Of a DNA stretch of 64,000 bases, positions 37,422 to 47,750 are shown in pieces. The notes under the pieces are model-generated. The model searched no databases and was not told the DNA's origin. It saw only the letters and a program-made list of their open reading frames with translations. The DNA lies in the NCBI GenBank assembly GCA_040879725.1, contig JBBDJV010000010.1, positions 52,892-116,891 on the forward strand, written 5' to 3'. The DNA comes from Minisyncoccota bacterium (lineage in GTDB: Bacteria; Patescibacteriota; Minisyncoccia; Phycocordibacterales; GCA-2401445). Position 1 is the stretch's first letter; each line of letters starts with the position of its first letter. A program made the position numbers and the translations under genes.

Positions 37422-37696
37422 AAAGTTTTCTGCCTCAGTTGTCCACTAGTAATACACAGTTACCCCTTTTACGCTGTGCTTCAGGGTTGACTATTATTTT
37501 TCTTTTGTTACTATGGTCTGTACCGCGTTTTGCGCGCTTCTTTTTTTACTTTGTTGTTACAGTGGAGAAAGAAGGCGCGAACAAAGTATTTATTAGCGCT
37601 CTCATTTGTTTGGGAGAGATGCTAGTAGGGAGCCTTTAGTCATTTCTCGTGCACTAAATGCTCTATTGCTAGCTAAATATATAACATAATTATAGT

Positions 37697-38887
37697 ATGA
37701 CGGATTTTGATCGTTCAAAACCACACGTAAACGTAGGAACCATCGGTCACGTAGACCATGGTAAGACTACGCTTACAGCAGCTATCCTCCACAGTCTAAA
37801 CTTGGCAGGAAGCACTGTGCGAATGAAGAAAGTAGATGAAATTGACAGCGCGCCTGAAGAAAAGGCTCGTGGTATTACTATTTCATTGTCTCACAACGAG
37901 TACGAGACAGAAGCTCGACACTATGCGCACATTGATGCGCCTGGTCACGCTGACTATATTAAGAACATGATCACTGGTGCCGCACAGATGGACGGTGCTG
38001 TTCTTGTAGTTGCAGCGACAGACGGTGTTATGCCACAAACACGTGAACACATTTTGCTTGCAAAGCAGGTAGGTGTTCCAAAGATCATTGTATTTTTGAA
38101 CAAGTGTGACATGGTAGATGACGCTGATCTTATTGAACTCGTAGAAGAAGAAGTTCGAGAATTACTTACAAAGCATGGATTTGATGGTGCAAATGCCCCA
38201 GTTATCAAGGGTTCTGCGCTTAAGGCACTTGAATCAGCTGGAAAGGATGATGAATGGGTAAAGAAGGTTCTTGAGCTTACAAATGCTCTTGATACTTATA
38301 TTCCAGTACCGGTTCGAGAAACTGAAAAGCCTTTCTTGATGCCAATCGAAGACATCTTCACTATTGAAGGACGTGGAACAGTAGTAACAGGAAGAATTGA
38401 GCGAGGAGAGCTTAATTTGAACGATGAAGTTGAAATTGTTGGTATTAAAGATACTGCAAAGACTTCAGTTACTGGTATTGAGATGTTTAACAAACAGCTA
38501 AAGCAAGGAATGGCAGGAGACAATGCTGGAATCTTGCTCCGAGGTACAAAGAAAGAAGATGTACACCGTGGACAAGTTCTTGCAAAGCCAGGTTCTGTTA
38601 CACCTCATACAGAGTTTGAATCAGAAGTATACATTCTTACAAAGGATGAAGGAGGACGACACACACCATTCGTAAATGGATACAAGCCACAGTTTTACAT
38701 CCGAACAACAGACGTAACTGGAGAAGTAACCCTTCCAGAAGGATCTGAAATGGTTATGCCAGGAGATACTGTTAAGTTCAAGGTAAAGCTCGTAGCACCA
38801 GTTGCGCTTGAAGAGCAACAGCGATTCGCTATCCGAGAAGGAGGACGAACTGTTGGAGCTGGTGTGGTAACGAAAGTAATTGCATAA
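37697..38887 (+). CDS. tuf: Elongation factor Tu
   Basis: [22 protein letters not shown] motifs. 396 aa. Confidence 0.95.
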   Translation: MTDFDRSKPHVNVGTIGHVDHGKTTLTAAILHSLNLAGSTVRMKKVDEIDSAPEEKARGITISLSHNEYETEARHYAHIDAPGHADYIKNMITGAAQMDGAVLVVAATDGVMPQTREHILLAKQVGVPKIIVFLNKCDMVDDADLIELVEEEVRELLTKHGFDGANAPVIKGSALKALESAGKDDEWVKKVLELTNALDTYIPVPVRETEKPFLMPIEDIFTIEGRGTVVTGRIERGELNLNDEVEIVGIKDTAKTSVTGIEMFNKQLKQGMAGDNAGILLRGTKKEDVHRGQVLAKPGSVTPHTEFESEVYILTKDEGGRHTPFVNGYKPQFYIRTTDVTGEVTLPEGSEMVMPGDTVKFKVKLVAPVALEEQQRFAIREGGRTVGAGVVTKVIA

Positions 38888-38895
38888 CCATATCT

Positions 38896-39261
38896 ATGGC
38901 GACTACAGCCACAACTAAAAAAGAAACACGAAAAAAGAAGGCGGCATCTGATGCGCAGTCTAAACTGAGAATTCGAGTTAGAGCGTATGAACACAAGGTT
39001 CTTGACGCTTCAATCAAGCAAATAATCGACACAGCTGTTAGATTTGATGCGGTGATTGAGGGTCCAGTTCCACTTCCTACTGAGTATAAAAAGTACACAG
39101 TAAATCGTTCATCGTTTATATTCAAGGATGCACGAGAGCAGTTTGAAATGCGTGTACACAAGAGATTGATAGACATAGTGAATCCTTCAGCAAAAATTGT
39201 TGAATCACTTACAAATCTTGTGCTACCTTCTGGAGTAAGTATCGAAGTTAAAATGATCTAA
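38896..39261 (+). CDS. rpsJ: 30S ribosomal protein S10 (N-terminal K-rich extension)
   Basis: [12 protein letters not shown] ... KSPHVNKKSREQFE-like core. Confidence 0.9.
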   Translation: MATTATTKKETRKKKAASDAQSKLRIRVRAYEHKVLDASIKQIIDTAVRFDAVIEGPVPLPTEYKKYTVNRSSFIFKDAREQFEMRVHKRLIDIVNPSAKIVESLTNLVLPSGVSIEVKMI

Positions 39262-39336
39262 TTTGGGATTTAGGTCGCTAGGCCAGCATATCCTTGACTT
39301 TCAAGGGCGGGCCTAGTATCCTAGAGCCTAATTTTT

Positions 39337-39957
39337 ATGAAATACATTCTTGGAACAAAGGAATACATGACACTCGTCTTTGACGAAGAGGGAGTAGCGC
39401 GAAGCGCGACAGTTGTTTCAGCTGGTCCTATTACTGTTACTCAAATCAAGACAAAAAGTATTGATGGATACGATGCTGTTCAGGTTGGCTTTATGGCACA
39501 ATCTGAAAAGAAAACACTGAAAGCACAGAAAGGTCATTGCAAAGGGAATGGTTTTAAAAAGTACACAGAAATAAGAATGCCAGCTGATAAGGCTTCAGCG
39601 TATAAAGTTGGAGATGTTATTTCAACAGAAATATTCGCAAGTGGCGACAGTGTTGTTGTTAGCGGAACAAGTAAAGGAAAAGGGTTCCAAGGTGTTGTTA
39701 AGCGACATGGTTTCCACGGAGGACGACGTAGTCACGGTCAAAAGCACTCAGAGCGTGAAGCGGGGTCTATTGGTGGAGGAGGACGTGCTGGAGGGCGCGT
39801 GGTAAAGGGTATGCGAATGCCAGGACGAATGGGTAATGACACTATTACTGTTAAGGGTCTTACTATCCTTGCGGTAATTCCAGAAGAGCATAAATTAATT
39901 GTTGGTGGAGCGCTACCCGGAAGACGAGGTACAGTTCTTAGCATAGCGTCAGAATAA
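39337..39957 (+). CDS. rplC: 50S ribosomal protein L3
   Basis: GKGFQGVVKRHGF and G-rich loop. Confidence 0.9.
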   Translation: MKYILGTKEYMTLVFDEEGVARSATVVSAGPITVTQIKTKSIDGYDAVQVGFMAQSEKKTLKAQKGHCKGNGFKKYTEIRMPADKASAYKVGDVISTEIFASGDSVVVSGTSKGKGFQGVVKRHGFHGGRRSHGQKHSEREAGSIGGGGRAGGRVVKGMRMPGRMGNDTITVKGLTILAVIPEEHKLIVGGALPGRRGTVLSIASE

Positions 39958-39961
39958 TTAT

Positions 39962-40633
39962 ATGGAAGCAAAAATATACAATCAGTCAGGAAAGTCTACC
40001 GGAAGCATCACATTGCCAGAGTCAGTTTTTGGTGTTGCGTGGAACTCAGACATGGTGCACCAGGTGGTTACTACCATGCAGGCAAATGCCCGAACACCAG
40101 TAGCGCACACACATGACAGAAGTGAACAGCGCGGAGGTGGTAAAAAGCCATGGAAGCAAAAGGGAACAGGAAACGCTCGACACGGTTCTCGCCGATCTCC
40201 AATCTGGAGAGGAGGAGGAGTAACCTTTGGTCCACGTAATGATAAAAAATACGGTGGTTCAATCCCGCACGCAATGAAGGTGAAAGCACTTTATTCAGTT
40301 CTTTCAAAGAAGTTTGCAGATAATGAGATTATTTTCGTAGATTCTCTTTCTTTTGCTGAACCAAAGACAAAAGACGCAAAGGGTGTTCTACAGGATCTGG
40401 CAAAGGTAACCGGAAACGGTCTTGTTGAAAAGAAGACAAACAGTGCTTATATTGCACTAACCGAAGCAGATAAGAATGTGGCGAAGAGTTTTTCTAACAT
40501 GGGAAATATTACCGTAGACGAAGTTCGAAATATAAATCCTGTAGCACTGCTTAAGTCAAAGTATCTTATTGTGTTGAACCCGAAAGACGCTATTGCATTT
40601 TTGAGCAGTAAGAATAAGAAACAAGCAAAGTAA
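39962..40633 (+). CDS. rplD: 50S ribosomal protein L4
   Basis: KKPWKQKGTGNARHGSRRSPIWRGGGVTFGP. Confidence 0.9.
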   Translation: MEAKIYNQSGKSTGSITLPESVFGVAWNSDMVHQVVTTMQANARTPVAHTHDRSEQRGGGKKPWKQKGTGNARHGSRRSPIWRGGGVTFGPRNDKKYGGSIPHAMKVKALYSVLSKKFADNEIIFVDSLSFAEPKTKDAKGVLQDLAKVTGNGLVEKKTNSAYIALTEADKNVAKSFSNMGNITVDEVRNINPVALLKSKYLIVLNPKDAIAFLSSKNKKQAK

Positions 40634-40634
40634 T

Positions 40635-41006
40635 ATGGGAATTTTTAATAAAACAAAGAAAGAAGAGAAAAAGACATCTGAAGAAACAACTTCAGTGGCT
40701 CTAAAGACACCGGCAGTATCACTCCACGACACTCGTGCTAGTGGTGTATTACTTGATCCTCGTATCACTGAAAAAGCTACAGATACAGCTGAGAAAAACA
40801 TCTTTGTGTTCAATGTTGCTCCATCTTCAACAAAGCAACAGATTGCACAGTCAGTAAAAGAAGTATATAACGTAACTCCAACAAAGATTCGTATTACAAA
40901 AATTCCTCGCAAGAGTATTTTTATGAAAGGAAAGAAAGGATTTACCGCATCAGCAAAGAAAGCGTATATTTACCTAAAAAAGGGAGACAAAATTGAAATT
41001 GTATAA
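40635..41006 (+). CDS. rplW: 50S ribosomal protein L23
   Basis: L23 core (IFVFNVAPSSTKQQIAQSVKEVYNV). Confidence 0.85.
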   Translation: MGIFNKTKKEEKKTSEETTSVALKTPAVSLHDTRASGVLLDPRITEKATDTAEKNIFVFNVAPSSTKQQIAQSVKEVYNVTPTKIRITKIPRKSIFMKGKKGFTASAKKAYIYLKKGDKIEIV

Positions 41007-41008
41007 CC

Positions 41009-41854
41009 ATGAAAAAGTATAAACCGACAACAGCATCACGACGACACATGACCGGTATTGATTACCGAAAGCTTCTTACTGCGTCAAAACCAGAAAAGTC
41101 TTTGGTAAAGGGAGGAAAGAGAAGTGCTGCTCGTAACAATGCGGGAAGAATGACTGTTCGACACAAGGGAGGTGGACACAAGCGCCTTTTCCGAGACGTT
41201 GACTTTACTAATGGATGTCTTGATGTTCCTGCGGTAATAAAAACTATTGAGTACGATCCACACCGAACTGGCTTTATTGCATTGTCGGTGTATAAGAATG
41301 GAAAAAAGGTTTACATTCTTGCTCCACAGAAGCTTGCTGTTGGTGACGAAATTCTTTCAAGTGAGCAAGCTCCTATAGCTCCAGGTAACCGCACTCCACT
41401 TAAAAACATTCCTATTGGTACCTTTGTATACAATGTTGAGCTTAAACCGCACGGAGGGGCTAAATTAGCTCGATCTGCGGGTAACTACGCAGAAGTAATT
41501 GCTCGTGATGCTGGGTACGTAGACCTAAAGATGCCATCATCTGAAGTTCGAAAGGTACTTGAGACAGCGTGGGCAAGTATTGGAGAAGTTTCAAACCCAG
41601 AAAATCGTCTGGTAAATATTGGAAAGGCTGGACGAAGCAGATGGCTTGGAATTCGACCGAAAGTACGTGGTACAGCCATGAACCCAGTAGACCACCCACA
41701 CGGTGGAGGAGAGGGTGTTCAAGGACGTGGTTTGAGACGTGCTAAGAACATGTGGGGTAAGCCTATTGGAAAGGGTCAGAAGACTCGAGCACCAAAGAAA
41801 TACTCCAATGCGCACATTGTACGAAGAAGGAAAGTTGGAAAGAAGCGCTCCTAG
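41009..41854 (+). CDS. rplB: 50S ribosomal protein L2
   Basis: RHKGGGHKRLFR, NPVDHPHGGGEG. Confidence 0.95.
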   Translation: MKKYKPTTASRRHMTGIDYRKLLTASKPEKSLVKGGKRSAARNNAGRMTVRHKGGGHKRLFRDVDFTNGCLDVPAVIKTIEYDPHRTGFIALSVYKNGKKVYILAPQKLAVGDEILSSEQAPIAPGNRTPLKNIPIGTFVYNVELKPHGGAKLARSAGNYAEVIARDAGYVDLKMPSSEVRKVLETAWASIGEVSNPENRLVNIGKAGRSRWLGIRPKVRGTAMNPVDHPHGGGEGVQGRGLRRAKNMWGKPIGKGQKTRAPKKYSNAHIVRRRKVGKKRS

Positions 41855-41865
41855 GAGTTGACTTT

Positions 41866-41902
41866 CCGTTGAAGCTCGGAGAATCACTCTTGGTTTCAAC
41901 GG
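41866..41902 (+). promoter_or_regulatory. Hairpin (CCGTTGAA..21 nt..TTCAACGG) with flanking GTTGACTTT direct repeats in a 120-bp spacer inside the S10 operon
   Basis: Seen directly between rplB and rpsS, where these genes are normally tightly linked. Confidence 0.35.
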
Positions 41903-41974
41903 ATAGTTGACTTTACTGTGTATTTTGGTACGCTACTATCTGCTAGTCCATACAACGGGCTATTTATTTTACAA

Positions 41975-42301
41975 ATGACACGATCACTAAAAAAAGGACC
42001 ATACGTAGACGAAAGACTCTTGAAGAAAATTCAAGGTCACCGTCCTGGAAGCACCGGGCCTATTAAGACCTGGGCGCGCAGCAGTCAAATCTCACCGGAA
42101 ATGGTTGGTTTTACTTTTGCGGTTCATAACGGAAAAGACCATATTGAAGTTTTGGTAACCGAAGAAATGGTAGGACATCGATTAGGTGAATTTTCTCCTA
42201 CACGTAAGTTCGTTAGACACGGAGGAAAGATGCAGAAAGAACTTGAGCAAAAGAAAAAGGAAGCTGAAATTTCAGCAGCTAAGGCAGCTAAAGGAGCATA
42301 A
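41975..42301 (+). CDS. rpsS: 30S ribosomal protein S19 (C-terminal K/A-rich extension)
   Basis: [16 protein letters not shown] motif. Start trimmed to ATG. Confidence 0.9.
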   Translation: MTRSLKKGPYVDERLLKKIQGHRPGSTGPIKTWARSSQISPEMVGFTFAVHNGKDHIEVLVTEEMVGHRLGEFSPTRKFVRHGGKMQKELEQKKKEAEISAAKAAKGA

Positions 42302-42309
42302 TTATTTTC

Positions 42310-42804
42310 ATGAAATCAACTGCTACATTAACTAACTACAGACAGTCACCACGAAAGGTTCGTGTTGTCGGAGAACTTGTAAAAGGCAAGACTGTTTCAA
42401 ATGCGCTTATTTCTCTTGATTTGCTTCCGAAGAGAGCTAGTCTTCCTATACGTAAACTTATCCTCTCTGCGCTTGCAAATGCAAAAGGTCAAGGAGAGAG
42501 CGAGCTTGAAGGTCTTATTGTGAAGAATATAACTATCGACAAGGGGGTTGTTCTTCACCGATGGCTTCCAAAGGCTCGCGGACGAGCTACTCCACTTCGA
42601 AAGAAGTGTAGCCATGTTACCGTGACACTTGTAAGTCGGGATGAGATCGGCAAGAAGAATAAGAAAGTATCTGAAGCGAAGCACGTGGTAGCAGAAAAGA
42701 AGCCACGTCCTCAAAAAGAAGAATTGAGCGAGGAGAAAAAGACTGTAGCGAAAAAAACGACTACTAAGAAAGCAAGTACAGCTAAATCTAAATCTACAAA
42801 ATAG
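42310..42804 (+). CDS. rplV: 50S ribosomal protein L22 (lysine-rich C-terminal extension)
   Basis: L22 core with SPRKVRVV. Confidence 0.85.
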   Translation: MKSTATLTNYRQSPRKVRVVGELVKGKTVSNALISLDLLPKRASLPIRKLILSALANAKGQGESELEGLIVKNITIDKGVVLHRWLPKARGRATPLRKKCSHVTVTLVSRDEIGKKNKKVSEAKHVVAEKKPRPQKEELSEEKKTVAKKTTTKKASTAKSKSTK

Positions 42805-42806
42805 TT

Positions 42807-43487
42807 ATGACACACAAAGTTCATCCATTTTCACATCGCCTTGGAATTATCAGAGACTGGAAATCTCGATGGTTTGGTCCAAAGGATAAATACGCGCAGT
42901 ACCTGAAACAGGATGTGCTTATTCGAGAATTCTTGGTAAAAAGACTTCGAGGTTCATACATTAGCTCTATAGAAATGGAGCGAAGTGAAAAAACTCTCCG
43001 TGTGATTATAAAGACATCTCGTCCGGGAATGGTTATCGGAAGAAGCGGTGAGGGAAGTACTAAGCTTCGAGAAGATGTGGCAAAGCTCGTAAAACGAAAA
43101 GGGTTGAATCTTACGCAAGAGCTGAAGCTTGATATTGAAGAAGTTCGTGTTCCTGAAGCTGATGCATCTATTGTCGCGTACATGGTTGCTGAAGGACTTG
43201 AAAAGCGTATGCCATTTCGACGTGTGCTCAAGCAGACTGTTGAAAAGGTTGTAGCAAACCGAGATGTAAAAGGGGTACGAATTGTTATGTCAGGACGCCT
43301 TGGTGGAGCAGATATGGCACGACGAGAAGAGCTAAAGAAAGGACAGATTCCACTTCAAACATTCCGTGCTGATATTGATTTTGCTCGAGAGAAAGCACAT
43401 CTTCCGTACGGAGATATCGGAATTCAAGTTTGGATTTACCGAGGAATGATTTTCGATAAAGATAAGACAGCAACACATAACGCATAA
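42807..43487 (+). CDS. rpsC: 30S ribosomal protein S3
   Basis: KH domain plus S3-C (GRLGGADMAR). Confidence 0.9.
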   Translation: MTHKVHPFSHRLGIIRDWKSRWFGPKDKYAQYLKQDVLIREFLVKRLRGSYISSIEMERSEKTLRVIIKTSRPGMVIGRSGEGSTKLREDVAKLVKRKGLNLTQELKLDIEEVRVPEADASIVAYMVAEGLEKRMPFRRVLKQTVEKVVANRDVKGVRIVMSGRLGGADMARREELKKGQIPLQTFRADIDFAREKAHLPYGDIGIQVWIYRGMIFDKDKTATHNA

Positions 43488-43495
43488 TTACTACC

Positions 43496-43915
43496 ATGTT
43501 ATTTCCAAAAAAAGTAAAACACCGAAAATGGCAAACAGGTCGACGAAACAAAAGTCGTCCGCTTGTAGCAACCAGAGGAACATCAGTTTCTTTCGGATCT
43601 TTTGGTGTGAAAGCAACAGGAAGTGCTCGAGTTAAGTCTAATCAAATAGAATCAGCACGAAAAGTTATTTCTCGAGCTATCGGTAAAACCGGCAAGATGT
43701 GGATTCGAATTTTCCCAGACCGACCATATACTCAAAAAGGAGCGGAAGTACCGATGGGTAAAGGAAAAGGAGATCTACAAGGATACGTATTTGAAGTAGA
43801 AAGCGGACGCGTACTTTTTGAAGTAGATGGAGTAACAGAAGAAGTGGCGCGAGAGGCTTTTAGGAAAGCAGGAGCAAAACTTCCGATAGCAACCAAGGTA
43901 GTAATCAGAAGGTAA
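43496..43915 (+). CDS. rplP: 50S ribosomal protein L16
   Basis: MLFPKKVKHRK, RIFPDRP. Confidence 0.9.
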   Translation: MLFPKKVKHRKWQTGRRNKSRPLVATRGTSVSFGSFGVKATGSARVKSNQIESARKVISRAIGKTGKMWIRIFPDRPYTQKGAEVPMGKGKGDLQGYVFEVESGRVLFEVDGVTEEVAREAFRKAGAKLPIATKVVIRR

Positions 43916-43957
43916 TTGTTGACTTACTCTCAAAAATAACTACTATAAACCAACCAC

Positions 43958-44140
43958 ATGTCAGATTTACAAAAAACATCAGAAAAAGATTTACTGAAAA
44001 ACCTAGCAGATTTGCGAGAGAAGGTTCGTGTGCTTCGGTTTGGTAAAGCTGGAAGTGGTTCACGAAATGTCCGAGAGGGGAGAAATATTCGAAAGCAGAT
44101 AGCACGTGTAGCAACAGAGCTTAGCGCCCGACAAAAATAA
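43958..44140 (+). CDS. rpmC: 50S ribosomal protein L29
   Basis: [10 protein letters not shown]-type L29 helix. 60 aa. Confidence 0.8.
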   Translation: MSDLQKTSEKDLLKNLADLREKVRVLRFGKAGSGSRNVREGRNIRKQIARVATELSARQK

Positions 44141-44141
44141 T

Positions 44142-44387
44142 ATGACAAATAACGAATTAGTTCACAAAAAAATATTCAAGGGCGTAGTCGTATCAGACAA
44201 GATGAAGGATACGGTTGTGGTTTTGGTAGAGCGTTTTGTTAAGCACCCGAAATACAAGAAGTATATTAAGCGTTCAAAGAAGTACCATGCTCATAATCCT
44301 GGAAATACCGTCCGTATCGGAGAGACAGTTCAGATTAAGGAGACACGACCAATTTCAAAGACTAAGTCGTTTGAAGTAATTTCATAA
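44142..44387 (+). CDS. rpsQ: 30S ribosomal protein S17
   Basis: [25 protein letters not shown]. Confidence 0.9.
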   Translation: MTNNELVHKKIFKGVVVSDKMKDTVVVLVERFVKHPKYKKYIKRSKKYHAHNPGNTVRIGETVQIKETRPISKTKSFEVIS

Positions 44388-44388
44388 T

Positions 44389-44760
44389 ATGATTCAACCA
44401 CAAAGTATAGTTAAAATAACAGACAACTCAGGCGGTAAGGTAGGCCGAGTGTTCAAAGTGCTTGGAAGCTCTAAGCGCCGATATGCATACATTGGAGATG
44501 TTGTGGTACTTTCAGTGCAGACTGCAGAGCCACGTAAGGGTGTAAAGAAAAAGGATGTTCACCACGCGGTAGTTGTTAGAACACGAAACACCTTCCGAAG
44601 AAAGGATGGTTCACATATTCGGTTTGACGATAACGCTGTGGTTATTTTGGAAAAAGGAAAGCAGGAACCAAAAGCAGGTCGTGTATTCGGTCCTATCCCG
44701 AGAGAGATTGCAGATCTTGGTTATCAGAAAATTGCATCATTGGCCCCAGAGGTTGTATAA
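44389..44760 (+). CDS. rplN: 50S ribosomal protein L14
   Basis: MIQPQS..DNSGGK. Confidence 0.9.
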   Translation: MIQPQSIVKITDNSGGKVGRVFKVLGSSKRRYAYIGDVVVLSVQTAEPRKGVKKKDVHHAVVVRTRNTFRRKDGSHIRFDDNAVVILEKGKQEPKAGRVFGPIPREIADLGYQKIASLAPEVV

Positions 44761-44767
44761 AACTATT

Positions 44768-45070
44768 ATGCGTATAAAAAAAGGAGACAACTGCATAGTG
44801 ATTTCAGGAAAAGATAAAGGGAAGACCTCTACCGTTATTCGCGTTATTCCTGGTGAGGACAAAGTTATTCTTGAAGGCATTAACATGCAAAAGAAGCATA
44901 TTCGTGCACGAAAGAGTAACGAAAAGGGGCAAGTGGTTGAGCGAGCATTTCCTGTTCATATTTCAAATGTTATGCCGATTGATCCAAAGACCAAAAAGGG
45001 AACTCGAGTACGATTTGCAACAGTTAAAGGTAAAAAGGTTCGTTTGAGTACAAGCGGAACAGAATTATAG
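44768..45070 (+). CDS. rplX: 50S ribosomal protein L24
   Basis: MRIKKGDNCIVISGKDKGK KOW motif. Track ORF 44573-45070 trimmed to the ATG at 44768. Confidence 0.85.
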   Translation: MRIKKGDNCIVISGKDKGKTSTVIRVIPGEDKVILEGINMQKKHIRARKSNEKGQVVERAFPVHISNVMPIDPKTKKGTRVRFATVKGKKVRLSTSGTEL

Positions 45071-45071
45071 T

Positions 45072-45605
45072 ATGAAAACAAACAAAGAAAAACAACAACA
45101 AGTATTTGACGCCCTGAAGGGTACCTACGGGTACACTAACGTGTTTGAAGCGCCACATCTTTCAAAGATTGTTATCTCTGCTGGAGTTGGCTCAGTAAAA
45201 GACAAACAAAAAATTGAACTCATACAGGATCGTCTTGCGAAAATTACCGGACAAGCACCGGCAAAAAGAGGAGCAAAGAAGTCTATTGCTTCATTTAAAG
45301 TTCGAGAAGGAGACTTGACTGGTTTCCAAGTTACCCTTCGAGGAACTCGTATGCATGAGTTCTTGAACAAACTCCTTACTATCGCTATTCCACGAACACG
45401 AGACTTCCGAGGTATTCCAAGTGATTCATTCGATGAAATGGGGAATTACACCCTTGGTATCAAGGAACATACAATCTTCCCAGAAACATCAGATGAAGAG
45501 CTTCGAAATGTGTTTGGTTTTGCAGTAACAGTCGTAACAACTGCAAAGTCGATTGAGGAGGCGAGAGCACTTCTCACTCATTTAGGTTTTCCGTTCAAAA
45601 AGTAG
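45072..45605 (+). CDS. rplE: 50S ribosomal protein L5
   Basis: L5 pattern. Confidence 0.9.
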   Translation: MKTNKEKQQQVFDALKGTYGYTNVFEAPHLSKIVISAGVGSVKDKQKIELIQDRLAKITGQAPAKRGAKKSIASFKVREGDLTGFQVTLRGTRMHEFLNKLLTIAIPRTRDFRGIPSDSFDEMGNYTLGIKEHTIFPETSDEELRNVFGFAVTVVTTAKSIEEARALLTHLGFPFKK

Positions 45606-45675
45606 AGCGGAATTGACATGAGCAGTTGTTCTTGTTAGCATGTAGCCCAAGCTTTTTCAAGCGATATTTTATTTT

Positions 45676-45861
45676 ATGGCCAAAAAATCAGTAATTGCAC
45701 GATCAGAGAAAAAACCGAAATTCAGCACTCGAACAGTGAATCGATGTTTTCGCTGTGGACGTAAGCGTGCATTTATGCGAGATTTTGGACTATGCAGAAT
45801 TTGTTTCCGAGAATTGGCTAATGATGGAATGCTTCCGGGAGTTAAGAAGTCATCTTGGTAA
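45676..45861 (+). CDS. rpsZ: 30S ribosomal protein S14 type Z (zinc-binding)
   Basis: 61 aa, [20 protein letters not shown] four-Cys motif. Confidence 0.9.
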   Translation: MAKKSVIARSEKKPKFSTRTVNRCFRCGRKRAFMRDFGLCRICFRELANDGMLPGVKKSSW

Positions 45862-45867
45862 AAATAT

Positions 45868-46254
45868 ATGAATGATAAGATTGCAGATACAATAAATAGA
45901 CTCTATACCGCGGGACTTTCAAAGAAAGAAAGTGTTTCAATGTATGGCTCAAAAATGGTTTTTTCAATACTAGAGCTTTTGAAGCGAGAGGGGTATGTTA
46001 CAGACGTTTCTAAAAAAGGTAAGGGAGTGGAAAGTATTTCAGTAACACTAAAGTACAGTGGAGATACTCCTGCTATAAACGGAGTAAAGAGAATTTCAAA
46101 GTCTTCAAAAAGAATGTATTTGAACGTAAGCGGTATTCATCCAGTAAAGTCAGGTAAAGGTGTGCTAGTAATTTCAACCCCAAAGGGAATACTTACTGAC
46201 AAGGAAGCTCGAAAGGCACATGTCGGAGGAGAGCCTTTGTTCACAATTTGGTAA
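45868..46254 (+). CDS. rpsH: 30S ribosomal protein S8
   Basis: MNDKIADTINRLYTA...GEPLFTIW. Confidence 0.9.
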   Translation: MNDKIADTINRLYTAGLSKKESVSMYGSKMVFSILELLKREGYVTDVSKKGKGVESISVTLKYSGDTPAINGVKRISKSSKRMYLNVSGIHPVKSGKGVLVISTPKGILTDKEARKAHVGGEPLFTIW

Positions 46255-46260
46255 AAATAT

Positions 46261-46800
46261 ATGAGTCGTATTGGTAAACAAGAAATACATATTCCGGAAA
46301 AAACAACAGTAACACTCGATGAGTCTACCGGGTTGTTTACCGTGAACGGACCAAAGGGTACTCTTACTCGTACGTTCAAAAAGGATATTGCCATTATGAT
46401 CAATGGAAATATTATTACTACAAAGCCGGTTGTTGAAAATCCTCAAACACTTGCGCTCTGGGGAACGTATTCATCACACATCGATAATATGATTACTGGT
46501 GTAAACACTCCTTTTGAAAAGACTTTGGAAGTTGAAGGAGTGGGTATGCGATGGGAAATGCAAGGAAAGGATATTAAAATGCTTCTCGGTTTCTCACACC
46601 CGGTTATTGTAAAAGTTCCAGAAGGACTAACGGTTACTATTGAAAAGAACGTGATGAAAGTTAACGGAATTGATAAAGAACAAGTGGGACAGTTTGCTGC
46701 AAATATCCGATCAACCAAGAAGCCAGAACCATACAAGGGTAAGGGTATTCACTATCTCGGTGAGGTTATTCTAAGAAAACAAGGTAAGAAATCTGTATAA
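46261..46800 (+). CDS. rplF: 50S ribosomal protein L6
   Basis: MSRIGKQEIHIPEK, two L6 repeats. Confidence 0.9.
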   Translation: MSRIGKQEIHIPEKTTVTLDESTGLFTVNGPKGTLTRTFKKDIAIMINGNIITTKPVVENPQTLALWGTYSSHIDNMITGVNTPFEKTLEVEGVGMRWEMQGKDIKMLLGFSHPVIVKVPEGLTVTIEKNVMKVNGIDKEQVGQFAANIRSTKKPEPYKGKGIHYLGEVILRKQGKKSV

Positions 46801-46805
46801 AACGT

Positions 46806-47150
46806 ATGAATGAAAAGAAAGAAAAAAGAATACGACGTCATGCTCGAGTACGATCTCGCATAAGTGGAACCGCAAGTCGACCGCGACTTTCTGTTGCAAA
46901 GTCTAACCGATACATCTGGTGCCAGCTTATTGATGATGTGAAAGGCGAAACTATCGCTTATGTAACATCAAAGACTATTGCGCCAGAGAAAACAATGTCA
47001 GAATCAGCTGTGTTGGTAGGAGAGGCAATAGCAAAAGAAGCGAAGACAAAGAAAGTTACCGAAGCGGTATTTGATCGTGGTGGATATGCGTACGTAGGAC
47101 TAATCGAGTCACTTGCAAATTCGGCTCGTAAAGGAGGTTTGAAATTTTAA
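46806..47150 (+). CDS. rplR: 50S ribosomal protein L18
   Basis: RPRLSVAKSNRYIWCQLIDD. Confidence 0.9.
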   Translation: MNEKKEKRIRRHARVRSRISGTASRPRLSVAKSNRYIWCQLIDDVKGETIAYVTSKTIAPEKTMSESAVLVGEAIAKEAKTKKVTEAVFDRGGYAYVGLIESLANSARKGGLKF

Positions 47151-47158
47151 TACATACT

Positions 47159-47749
47159 ATGACTGAAGAACAAAAAACAACAGAACAAACTAACGTTGAG
47201 AAAAAGCCTGAAACAACACGCCGACGTTTTGAAGGTGGAGCTCGAGGAGGTGACGACAAGAAGATGCGTCGTGGACGAAGAGATACTCGCCGAAAGGAGA
47301 GAGTAAAGCCTGAGTTTGATCATAAAATAATTTCAATCAGACGCGTTGCTCGTGTGGTTGCTGGAGGACGACGATTCGCTTTCAGCGTAACGCTTGTTGC
47401 GGGTAACAAAAAGGGTTCTGTAGGTGTAGGTCTTGGTAAAGCGGGAGACACTGCGCTTGCGATTGAAAAAGCGTTTCGTGATGCAAAAAAGCGAATGATA
47501 ACCATACCTCTTACGAAAAACCGCTCAATTCCTTACGATGTTCAGGCAAAATACGCAAGTTCAACGATTACCATTGCTCCTGCTCCAGACCGAGGTTTGA
47601 TTGCTGGAAGTTCTGTTCGAACGGTACTTGAATTTGCGGGTGTAACTGATGTTACTTCAAAGATTCTTACACGAAGCAAAAACCAGCTTAATATTGCACG
47701 TGCAACCATTACTGCTCTTGAGCCCTTTACTAAAAAAGTAAACCGATAA
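47159..47749 (+). CDS. rpsE: 30S ribosomal protein S5 (charged N-terminal extension)
   Basis: VARVVAGGRRFAFSVTLVAGNKKGSVGVGLGKA. Confidence 0.9.
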   Translation: MTEEQKTTEQTNVEKKPETTRRRFEGGARGGDDKKMRRGRRDTRRKERVKPEFDHKIISIRRVARVVAGGRRFAFSVTLVAGNKKGSVGVGLGKAGDTALAIEKAFRDAKKRMITIPLTKNRSIPYDVQAKYASSTITIAPAPDRGLIAGSSVRTVLEFAGVTDVTSKILTRSKNQLNIARATITALEPFTKKVNR

Positions 47750-47750
47750 T

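Noticed and set aside
37439-37639. 66-aa ORF in the tuf upstream region
   Set aside because: It begins with TTG, has no Shine-Dalgarno, and occupies what is most likely the tuf promoter and leader. Hydrophobic low-complexity translation.
44573-44767. N-terminal 65-codon extension of the L24 ORF in the track (and similar extensions for S12, S19, the TSP3 protein, clpP, rsmE, nusA, the beta-CASP RNase and others)
   Set aside because: The track uses any in-frame alternative start codon. Family alignments and the presence of ATG at the canonical position support the shorter coordinates I list. The extension of L24 overlaps rplN.
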